Source: Octopus bimaculoides (lineage: Eukaryota). From it: a DNA stretch of 41,925 nucleotides. Shown here in pieces: positions 1 to 10,842 of the stretch (position 1 is its first letter; every line of letters starts with the position of its first letter). The stretch lies in assembly GCF_001194135.2 (NCBI RefSeq), contig NC_068989.1, positions 78,757,728-78,799,652 of the forward strand. The letters run 5' to 3'. The translations under genes and the position numbers were made by a program. The notes under the pieces were generated by a model. It made no database searches, had not been told where the DNA came from, and saw only the letters and a program-made list of their open reading frames with translations.

Positions 1-179
1 TGTATCACTTTCTCTCTCTCTCCCTCTCCCTCTTTTACTTTTACTCTCTATATTTTTATGTTGAGCGCGTGTGTAAGAATTGCATTCCAGGTAGAAGGGA
101 TGAAATATAAAAGTTGCTAGAAACAACAGCCAAATCTCCCTTAAATCACACAAAGTAAACGGAATTTAAAAAATCTAAT

Positions 180-314
180 TGCTGCACTGGAAAGTTCAGA
201 TCGAGAAAATTCCATTGATGTAAAAATTTTTACGAAAAAGTGGAAAATGTGGATTTCTATAAACTTTCAAAAAGGCTTCACACAAACACACAATTTCAGA
301 TTTATATATTAAGA
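180..314 (-). mobile_element. Possible Helitron 5' end fragment
   Basis: A|TCTTAATATATAAATCTGAAATTGTGTGTTTGTG resembles non-autonomous Helitron starts; no 3' CTAG end located. Confidence 0.3.
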
Positions 315-329
315 TATATATATATATAA

Positions 330-410
330 AGACAGACAGACAGACAAACAGAGACATACAGACATTGACAGGCAGGCAGGCAGACAGACAGACAGATAGA
401 CAGACAAATG

Positions 411-467
<57 letters not shown>

Positions 468-655
468 GCAGATAGACAGATAGACAAATAGATAGATAGA
501 CAAACAGATAGATAGATAGATAGACAGATAGACAAACAAATAGATAGATAGACAGATAGACAAACAGATAGATAGATGGACAGATAGACAAACAGATAGA
601 TAGATAGACAGATAGACAAACAGATAGATAGATAGATAGATAGACAAACAGACAG
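330..655. repeat. (GATA/GACA)n compound microsatellite
   Basis: Read directly from the sequence. Confidence 0.95.
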
Positions 656-840
656 TCAAATCAAATAAACAATGAATTCAAATAAATGAATAATAAAATT
701 AACAGACGACAAGGGGACATGCACAAGGAATGTATAAGCTTGATGCTCAGTAAAAAGACAGAGCTTCTGATGTTTCAAGCATATCTCTTTGTTGGAAAGG
801 GGAAAGAGAAAAGTCCAAAGGAAATACACACACACACACA

Positions 841-1000
841 ACTGGCTTCTTTCAGTTTCCGTCTACAAAATCCACTCACAAGGCTTTGGTCAGCCTAGGA
901 CTTATAGTAGATGTCACTTGCCCTGACTGCAACGCAATGGAACTGAACCCAAAACCATGTGGTTTTATAAAACAAGCTTCTCAACCACATGACCATGCTT
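841..1000 (-). mobile_element. SINE family A (tRNA-like head), 5' half
   Basis: Matches other copies: ...GGTTCAGTTCCA...GGATTTTGTAGACGGAAACTGAAAGAAGC. Confidence 0.75.
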
Positions 1001-1203
1001 CCACACATATATTAAGACATCAACATTACGTCACAAAATGAAATGAGACAAATTCATTTTGCTGATACTGTAATGTCTGCATCCATGAAAGACAGAGCAA
1101 AAAAATAAGCTGAGGAAGAAAAAGTTAGTCAACAGAGGAATCAGCTGATGTGATTATGAGAGAAGATGACTGCACTGGTTTGGATATGCTGTGATGATGG
1201 ATA

Positions 1204-1805
1204 TCATCATCGTCATCGTTTAACGTCTGACTTCCATAGTGCCAAACAGTTTTGGTAGTGGTTGACATTTGGAAGAGCATCCAGCTGTAAAAACTATGCC
1301 AAAGCTAACCAGGCCTCTGCTCGTGCCACACAAAAAGCACTGTGAGGCTGCTGATGTTAGGAAGGGCAACCAGCCACATAAAAACCATGCCAAAACAGAC
1401 ATAGAAGTCTGGTGTAGTCTTTTGCCTGGTTAGCTCCTGTCAAACTGTCCAACCCAGGGGTTTTCAAACTTTTTGACTTGCAGACCCCTTTATATTTCAG
1501 GCTTTACCTTAGGGACCCCCTTATAAATGCTTATGAAATTTATACATAAATATTTGCTTAAAATAACATATATTTTTACATTTATTTATTTAACAGTATT
1601 TAACAAATAGATTTATTGTCAATTAAAAGATTTCGATTAAAAAACATATATAAAATCAAATTGCCCATAAAAAGTACTTGCTGTCCCCGGACCCCCTGTC
1701 TTGTCCTTGCGGACCCCTGTGGTCTGCAGACCATTGTTTGAAAACCCCTGGTCCAACCCATGCCAGCATGGAAGGCAAACATTAAATGATGATGATAATG
1801 ATGAT
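1204..1805 (+). mobile_element. Family D-related copy, host of the hAT MITE
   Basis: GTTAGGAAGGGCAACCAG...CAACCCATGCCAGCATGGAAGGCAAACATTAAATGATGATGAT. Confidence 0.62.
1455..1750. mobile_element. hAT-type MITE, 296 bp
   Basis: Perfect 15-bp TIR CAGGGGTTTTCAAAC/GTTTGAAAACCCCTG and perfect 8-bp TSD GTCCAACC (1447-1454, 1751-1758). Confidence 0.9.
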
Positions 1806-1891
1806 GATGGGAAAGAGCTTACAGAAGAGGATAAGTGAAAATCTAGTGAAAAGATAAATGAACTAAAGAATATATATATGTACATATTTAC

Positions 1892-2026
1892 CTGCATAAA
1901 TGCTTGGACTCCTAAACGAAAGTCTGGAGCAACAATTGGTGCATAAAAACATTTCACTTTCCTTCGTTGAAGCCAACTGTATTCTTCTTTAGTTCTTTGT
2001 ACTTTTAAGCTGTCGACATTTGGATC
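1892..2026 (-). CDS. SLC12A2: NKCC exon, 135 nt (DPNVDSLK...[20 protein letters not shown])
   Basis: TACCAG|GAT acceptor, CAG|GTAAAT donor; matches the C-terminal FYAP...GAQxLMQ segment. Confidence 0.93.
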
Positions 2027-5000
2027 CTGGTACAAGAATTTTGTATTTTTTTAATCACAGAAAACCCAAGAAGATGTGTATAAACCAGATTCCATATTAG
2101 ATTGTTACAAATATCAATGGCAATATATAAAAGCTACATAAGAAACATGAAACAATAAGCTCATATTACATGTTACTGCATGAAATTTAGACATTGTGTA
2201 TAATTATATGAATTTGTAGTATATATTTATAAGGGAAAATGGATGACATGTTTTGACTGATATACCCTCCAGCCTTCATCAGGTGTCTTGGGAAAATTTT
2301 GAACCTGGCTTGTCATTCTTGAGGTATTTTTCGAAGGAAGGATAGGAGAATATTAGATTTATAAGCCCTAAAATTCACTCCATAATTGCCCTTGGGCATA
2401 CAGCGTAGTGGTTAAGAGTGCAGGCTACTAACCCCAAGATTCTGAGTTCAATTCCAGGCAGTGACCTGAATAATAGTAATAATAATAATAATAACACTAA
2501 AAAAATACCTCAGGACAGAGAACCCAGGTTCGAAATTTCCCCAAGACACCTGATGAAGGCTAGAGGGTATATCAGCCGAAATGTATTAACAACAAACACG
2601 ATGAGGACAAATATCCATCAAATGTAAATAATGTAAATAATGTACCAGCTTAATAATGTCAAAGTTTATTACACTAAGTCCTTCATTATTTTTAAAATTA
2701 ACAGAAACAAAGATTATGGTTACAAAATGGGTTAAAATAGATAATGTTGATGGAAATAGGAACAAAAACAACTTTTCACGAACCACAATAACATTGCAGC
2801 ACATCATTAAACTGGAGTTACGAGTGAAACTGGATGCAAAGTCCACCAAGGCAGGACGGCTACTGGGTAAACCACTTAGAAGGAGAACTTGAGGTCTACA
2901 TAAGAGAAAAAATTTGGAAAAAAAAGACAATAAAAAAAAGAGTGGATTGCAGTGATTGTCATTGAAATCAACAATATATGAGAGAAAAGTACATGGCAAA
3001 AAGATGTAAAGATATCCTGTTACAAAACCCTTGAAAAAGATATTATTTGTGAGGAGGGAGCACAACAATTGGATGGGATCAGCAGACACTATTATTCCAA
3101 GTCCAAATATATAACAGACAGGATATTTTCTGTGAGACAATTGAAAGAGTTCTTAGCAAAGATCAAATTATGTTTATCTATCTACAGAAGTCTTTTACAG
3201 GATCTCACGCACTTTTTAGTCTGGCAGGTTCTGAGTAAGTTAAGATGTTGTTGTTGTTGTTGTTGTTAACCCCAGGTCAGCTCTGATTAAGTAGACTTAT
3301 GACCAAAGGTGTTCCAGCTATAGTTATTCCATATCGTTCTTCAGTATCGTAAGTAGTATTATCCAGTGCATCATACTTTTTTGTAAAATGGCGAAGTGGG
3401 ATCTGAATGAAATTTGGTTATCATTGCCGTTAGTTTGAGCGAACAAATAGAGGATCAGTCCTTCACACAGACGGTAAAATACTGATCAGAGGTTTCTCAG
3501 AGCAGTACAAAATATGCATGATGCTAGGGTATAACTGACAGAGATTTCAAGGAAAAATTCAATGCAAAGGCAATTATGCACCAGCATGGTCACAGTAGTC
3601 AAATGACTGAAGCAAGCAAAAGATAAAAGATAGGCAAGAAAATATAAGACTACAAGAACTCACCTGAAATTTTTGATATGATCCTCAACAGCTATTAACT
3701 TGAGAGTAGACTGCAAAGCACTCTTATATACATGAGCTTGTGTTGATGAACCCCAGTTAACATCTAACAGGCAGAAAAACAGAGGAAAGGATTTAAAAAT
3801 AAAAAATTCAAAGATTAAGTCTAAAAAAACTAAAAGAAATACATAAAATACTCCAATACGAACATTTCAGTGTTTGGGTGTTAATCTGAGGACATGTACC
3901 AAGAGTGATAAAAATCAAACATCCAGTCAACATCATGGTGCTTGGAGTGATCACTNNNNNNNNNNATAAAAATCAAACATCCAGTCAACATCATGGTGCT
4001 TGGAGTGATCACTAGTGATGGTGACGTTATACCTCCATTCATCTTCCCACATGACCTCAAACTCAACACGGGGTCCTACACAAAATGCCTATTAATGCTG
4101 CCCTGGGTCAAGCAGGTGGCTGCTGGAAGACCCTATGTCTGGCGACAGGACTCTAAACCACAGCACACAAGCAGGAGAAGCCAGTCATGGCTGTCAGACA
4201 ATTTCTGCGACCACATCACCCCTAAAATTTGGCCACCTAATTCCCCAGACTGCAAGCCCCTTGAATATTATGTGTGAGGTGCAGTTGAGTGTGAGGCCAA
4301 CAAAACTCCAAAGATGAACTGAAGGCAAGGATTATGGCAGCATTCGGCCATCCAGAAAAGTTGCAGAAGATTCTGAAGTTGTCTGGAGGCTCTTGTTGAA
4401 GCCAATGGCTATTTTATTGAATAAATTTACTCTTTAGTATTTCAAGATCTTTTTATGAAATTTCGGTAAATATATCTGTTAAAATGAGATCTCAGTGTTA
4501 TTTTCCTTTTTGCATAATTTAGATGACAATATATTCACTGCACCTTGTAGCAACCTGGTACAGGTGACAACATATAGTCTTAATGGGCTAGAAGCCCTGA
4601 TGGAGGCAAAAGATCTGGCATGAGGCGCATGGCTCAGTGGTTAGAGCGTCGAGCTTATGACCGTGAGGTTGTGAGTTCAAATCCCGGACTGGGCTGCATG
4701 TTGTTTTCTTGAGCAAGACACTTTATTTCACGTTGCTCCAATTCACTCAGCTGTAGAAATGAATTGCGACGTCACAGGTGCCAAGCTGTATCGGCCCCTT
4801 TGCCTGTCCCTTGGATGACATTGGTGGCGTGGAGAGGGGAGGCTGGTATGCATGGGCGACTGCTGGTCTTCCATAAACAACCTTGCCCGGACTTGTGCCT
4901 TGGAGGGTAAATTTCTAGGTGCAATCACATGGTCATTCGGACCGAAGGGGGTCTCCGCATATATNNNNNNNNNNNNNNNNNNNNNNAGAGGGGGGAGAGA

Positions 5001-6909
5001 GAGGGGGGAGAGAGAGAGAAACATGGTGAAGGTGGGCAATGGCGTGATACAAGGTAGTGTTAAATTGTGGCAAGGGACGATATTGAAAATGTGAGGTGGG
5101 TGCTGACAGAAGATGGCTCAAAGGAGAGAGGAAACTGGTATTACAAAAGTGAAGAGGATGAAATATGTGCATCAAATGATGGCCACAGTGTTGAATCCAA
5201 AAGATGAAAGTGAAATTAGTTCCGTCTTGAAAGAATAACTCACCTGGTTTTCTGTGATGCACATAAATATACAGTGACGCTATGACAGCAAATGTGAGTA
5301 AAGCAGTCCACCATTTAATGATGAACATCACAGCAATGCATAAAATGGCCCCTAAAAGACTAACCCACATGGAATAAAATTGGAATGCTGGTCTCCATCC
5401 TGCATGAAAGAAAAAAAGGAAAGAAATATAAGAACAGCAATAATAACAAGAATAATCCTTCCTACTATAGCCACAAGGCCAGGAATTCTGGAAGAGGGGC
5501 TAGCTGGTTACATCAACCCCAGGGCTAAACAAGTACTTATTTTATCAACCCTGTAAGGACAAAAGGCAAAATCTACCTCAGCAGAATTTGAACTCAGAAC
5601 AAAAAGAATCACAAAATGTAGCTTAACATTTCGTCAAGCTTATTCTTTTGTTCTTTTATTGGTTTCATTCATTTGAGTGTGGCCATGCTGGAGCACCACC
5701 TTTAGTTGAATAAATCAACCCCAGGACTTATTCTTTGTAAGCTTAGTACGTATTCTATTGGGTTCTTTTGCCAAACTGCTAGATTATGGGGACATAAACA
5801 CACCAACATTGGTTGTCAAGTGATGGTGGGGGGGACAAACAGACACACAAAAATATTTACATACATACATACATATATATATATAGATACATCTATGATG
5901 GGCTTCCTTTAGTTTGTGTCTACCGAATCCACTCACAAGGTTTCGGTCGGTTCAAGGCTATAGCTGATGACACTTGACCAAGGTGCCACGCAGTGGGACT
6001 GGACCCAGAACCATGTGGTTAGGAAGCAAGCTTCTTAGCACACAAACCACTCCTGCTAATGATTCTGCCAGCTGGCCATCTTTATATGAATATTATTTGT
6101 ACAGCAGATCACAGGACCTTCTGAAGGGAACAGCTAACAAAAATATACCCTGAAGTTGGTCTTTTAGTAGTGTGAGCCAACAGATGATGAACCATGTGTC
6201 ATGGTCTGCTTCTCAAAAAAGATGTTACCCATGCCTAATCTCAAAGATGCATTGCAGTGAGGGTAGAAATCTTTCACCGTGGCACTAGCAGAGAAAAATT
6301 AGGTTGCCTATGAATTGCTTACACTTATAGGCAACATAATTTATAAGAAATATTGTCAGGAAAGAGTTAATTAAAAAACAAGAATACCAGAATTATTTAA
6401 ATGCTAGATTAATTATGTATTAATATGCAGGATTTATTTCAAGAGAATATTACATACCCGGAGAGTTAGCCAAAGAAGCATCAAAACAGGAATAATTGAT
6501 GAGAGCATAAGACATGAGAAAAAAATTTGATATAATTGGAGCAATGGCATTTAGTTCACCTGAGGAGAGATTAGAAAGAAGAAAAAAAATTAGAGAAGGA
6601 AAATAAATAATATTATGTAACATAATAGATCATACACAGCAACAAGTGAAGAAAAGAGCAAATTTTATAGTTTATATAACTATTTAAATCAAAATATCTC
6701 CCATCCTGTTTTGCTTAATTAATTCAAGATGGCAGGAAGTATTAACAAATATCTGTATTACTCACCTATGCAAATAAAGGCAATCCCAATGAAATAGGCA
6801 AGAAAATATAGCCTTCGGGGATTGTCACCCTTACCGGCACCCTTAGCAAGAACATGGATTCCTGGGAAGATCCTATCCTTGCAAACAGCCTGAAAATGAA
6901 AATTTAATT

Positions 6910-6947
<38 letters not shown>

Positions 6948-8524
6948 CAGACTCACACACACACACACATAAAATGTGTGGGTGGGGTGCATGTTATAAA
7001 CAGGTTGACTTTAGTTCATAATATTCCACAATATACAATATGTTTGCATGAAGCTTTCCCGTAATACTCCTTACATGTTGTTGTTGTCACTCCGTCGCTT
7101 ACGACGTCGAGGGTTCCAGTTGATCCGATCAACGGAACAGCCTGCTCATGAAATTAACGTGCAAGTGGCTGAGCACTCCACAGACACGTGTACCTTTAAC
7201 GTAGTTCTCGGGGATATTCAGCGTGACACAGTGTGACAAGGCTGGCCCTTTGAATTACAGGCACAACAGAAACAGGAAGTAAGAGTGAGAGAAAGTTGTG
7301 GTGGAAGAGTACAGCAGGGTTCGCCACCATCCCCTGCCGGAGCCTCATGGAGCTTTAGGTGTTTTCGTTCAATAAACACTCACAACGCCTGGTCTGGGAA
7401 TCGAAACCACGATGCATATGGCATAGTGGTTAATCACATGCACATGGCATAGTGGTTAAGAGTGCAAGCTACTAACCCCAAGATTCCGAGTTCGGTTCCA
7501 GGCAGTGACCTGAACAACAACAATAATAATAATAATAACAACAACAACAACATCGAAAAATACCAAATACCTAAGCAATGAAAACCCAGGTTCGAAATTT
7601 TCCCAAGAAACCTGATGAAGGCTGGAGGGTATATCAGCCGAAACGTTGTGTTAACAACAAACAAGATGAAGACAAATATCTGTCAAATGTAAATAATGTA
7701 AACTCATATATGTTGTCTTTGACAGAACACACACACACACACACATGCACTTAGAACTGAACCCAAAACCGTATGGCTGGGAAGCAAACTCCTTAACCAT
7801 TCAGCCATGCCTGCACTTTACTGCCAAACACAATATCATGTAATCCCAACATAAAACTTGATACAATTTCGATTCGGAAACAATATGGTGTCTAATACTT
7901 GACTGACCTGAAAGACTTTGGGAGCAGAGACGAGACTTGCAAGAGCTGAAGAAAGAGTTGCAGAGAAAATACCAGCTGTAACCAAGGGTCCAAATAATGC
8001 AATACGCTCCATTACCTGCAGTGAATGAGAAGAAAATCCATTAATTTATTTCAAGAATAAAAGAATAGTTATCATATATTTTGCATGTGTTAATTATCAT
8101 TCATATACACAAATATATATGTCATCCCGATCAGCACTCCTACCACCATCATCACTAGGATTATCATCGTCACTCCCATCATTGCTATCATTATGATCAT
8201 CACTATCACTGTCATCATGCTCTTTGTCATCATCATCACCACCACCACATCCATCATCATCATCATCATCACCACCACCACCACATCGATAATCATCATC
8301 ACCACCACCACCAGCATCACCGCCACTACAATCACCACCACCACATCCATCATCATCATCACATCAGCATCATCACCAGCATCACTGCCACTACATCCAT
8401 CATCATTATCATCACCACCAGCANNNNNNNNNNCCATCATCATCATCACATCAGCATCATCACCAGCATCACTGCCACTACATCCATCATCATTATCATC
8501 ACCACCAGCATCACCACCACCACA

Positions 8525-8555
<31 letters not shown>

Positions 8556-10805
8556 CTATCATCACCATCACCATCACTGCCACTACAATCACCACTACTA
8601 CATCCATCATTATCATCACCATCATCATCATCATCAATGTCATCATTTTACTTTCATTCCCCACCTCATGTCTGCATAGTTTGGTTGGGTCATCTCTACC
8701 ACAATCTGATCACATGTTCCAATCCTTTATCATTTCCTTAATGACATTCACGTTTCTGACATCATCTTTCGCCACTTCTTCCCCACATCTACCTTGACCT
8801 CCCTCTTCCACAAGTTCCTTCCACTAGAATTCCTTGACACTTCCTCACATTTATGCTAAAGATTAATATACGTAAATTGATAATATTAATAATAAAAGAA
8901 GAACCAATTAGAGGTACACCAAGCAGCGTTGAATGAAATATAGTTGCATACAATCATATTCAACATGTCCATGTACACTCAGATACGAAAACACAATATG
9001 CTGCACAAAATTCCTGAAGAGAAGTTCTCTTAACCCTTTCGTTACCAACCCAGCTGAAACCGGCTCTGGTTCTTTAGTACAAATGTCTTGGTTTCATAAG
9101 TTTTGAATTAAAATCTTCCACCAAACCTTAGTCACAATTTATGTACCTAACATGAGCTGAATGATAACTAAGTTATTTTACAAAATTCTTTGTTATATTT
9201 AAAATTAATTGAAAGAAACACAGAGCATCTCAAAATAAATACAGTAACAAAACGGTTAAAGACCATATGAGTGTTAACATACCACTAGGCCACAAATAAA
9301 ACCACTGGATTTTCTGAGATGTTACAGCTTCATCATCCATGTATGCCCAGGCACTGTTCATGGCCACTATATCATCATCATCACCACCACCACCACCACC
9401 ACCATCATTATTATTATTATTATTATTATTACTATTTAACCTCCATTTTCCATACTGACAAGGGCTAGATGGTTTGACAGGAGCTGGCAAGGGCCGGATG
9501 GTTTGACAGGAGCCAGCAAGGGTTGAAGTTACACAAGGACTTGGCATGGTTTCTACAGCCGGATGCCCTTCCTAATGCCAACCACTATACAAAGTGTACT
9601 GGGTGCTTTTTACGTGTCACCCATAACTGCTTTTTACCTGGTACCAGCACCAATGCTTTTTATGTGGCACCAGCACTGACAAATTCACCAAGTATCTTGC
9701 AAAACAAAAACCACCACAACTAGGAGGAGGGAGAAGTATTGCGTGGGTGTGGCTTTGTGCCTGTTAAGAGATTAAAAGTATAATAAAGGCACAGAGATAT
9801 ATGTCTTACTGTAGAGTAGATACATGGATACCCTAAATGGCAAAGAAGCTTTGCTCCAAACACAACAGATTATCCCATAAGAACTTCCAGTTGTTGTCTA
9901 TATCATAGGTCTCTGTCTTGTCCTCTTCATCAAATACTTCATTAAGAATATCTCTAAATCTATACTCATTTGAAGGATCCTTGAACATCCATAACCTCAT
10001 TTGCCACATTGGTTTGCATCTCTGGGTCCTTCTAGCCCCAAATCTCAAATGAGAAAGTCACCTGGTTCAGGAAGAGAACCCCCAGACTTTATGATCATGA
10101 TTTCAACAACCTCACAGCTAGGACACATGCTTTCATTTGAAAAACTGTTGTGAAAACAGAAGTGCAAAACATTGCTTTAACTTACCTGGAAGTCATGCTG
10201 GAGACCATATTTGCACACACCATCTTCACCCAAAGTGCAGTTACGCATAAGAGACATAGTAACAAATGGTACCTTTTTAATACCATCCTCTGCAGTGGAG
10301 TTATAAAGTGTCATATCACCATCAATCGTTGCATTCACAGCTGCATAAAAAATTGCTCCACCTGCATCACGAACAATGCAGGCGCCTAATGACCATGCAC
10401 AAAGAATATAAACAACTGAACTAATGGCAATGGCTAATAGGGTTCCTTTGGGGATAGCCACTTGGGCATCCTAAAACAAAAACAAAAAAAAAGTAATAGG
10501 TAAATAAATATTGAATAAAAACAAAAAAGGAACAATATATTGAAAGATATATCTGAAAATACAGGATAATAAATACAGTAGGGAAGACACTTATAAGAAA
10601 TTATTAAAAAAAAAGATAGACAGAGAGAGGGAGAAATGAAAGCCACCTTTAGATCACCAGAAATATTAGCACCAGCAAGAATTCCTGTAGCAGCAGGAAA
10701 GAAGATGGAAAATACTGAGAAGAACTCCTCATTGCGGAAATCTGGCAGGAAATTTTCTTTGAATACATCAACTGCAATAAAGAAAATATAGAATTAAACT
10801 TTAAG

Positions 10806-10842
<37 letters not shown>

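Noticed and set aside
196-659. Long low-complexity ORFs (SIYL/CLSV repeats)
   Set aside because: They are translations of the GATA/GACA microsatellite; likewise the poly-I/M/H/T ORFs at 8090-8741 and 31964-33110
1-1891. Next NKCC exon (expected AxGLGKLKPN-like)
   Set aside because: Not found on the minus strand by eye; it presumably lies beyond the window edge
3908-4013. 48-bp direct repeat on both sides of a 10-N gap
   Set aside because: An exact duplication flanking a gap is a typical contig-overlap artefact; the same applies around 8424-8433
4621-4695. tRNA gene (also 18895, 7440, 20881, 28818)
   Set aside because: Only A/B boxes and a partial cloverleaf are present; the acceptor stem is unpaired and the sequence continues into SINE bodies
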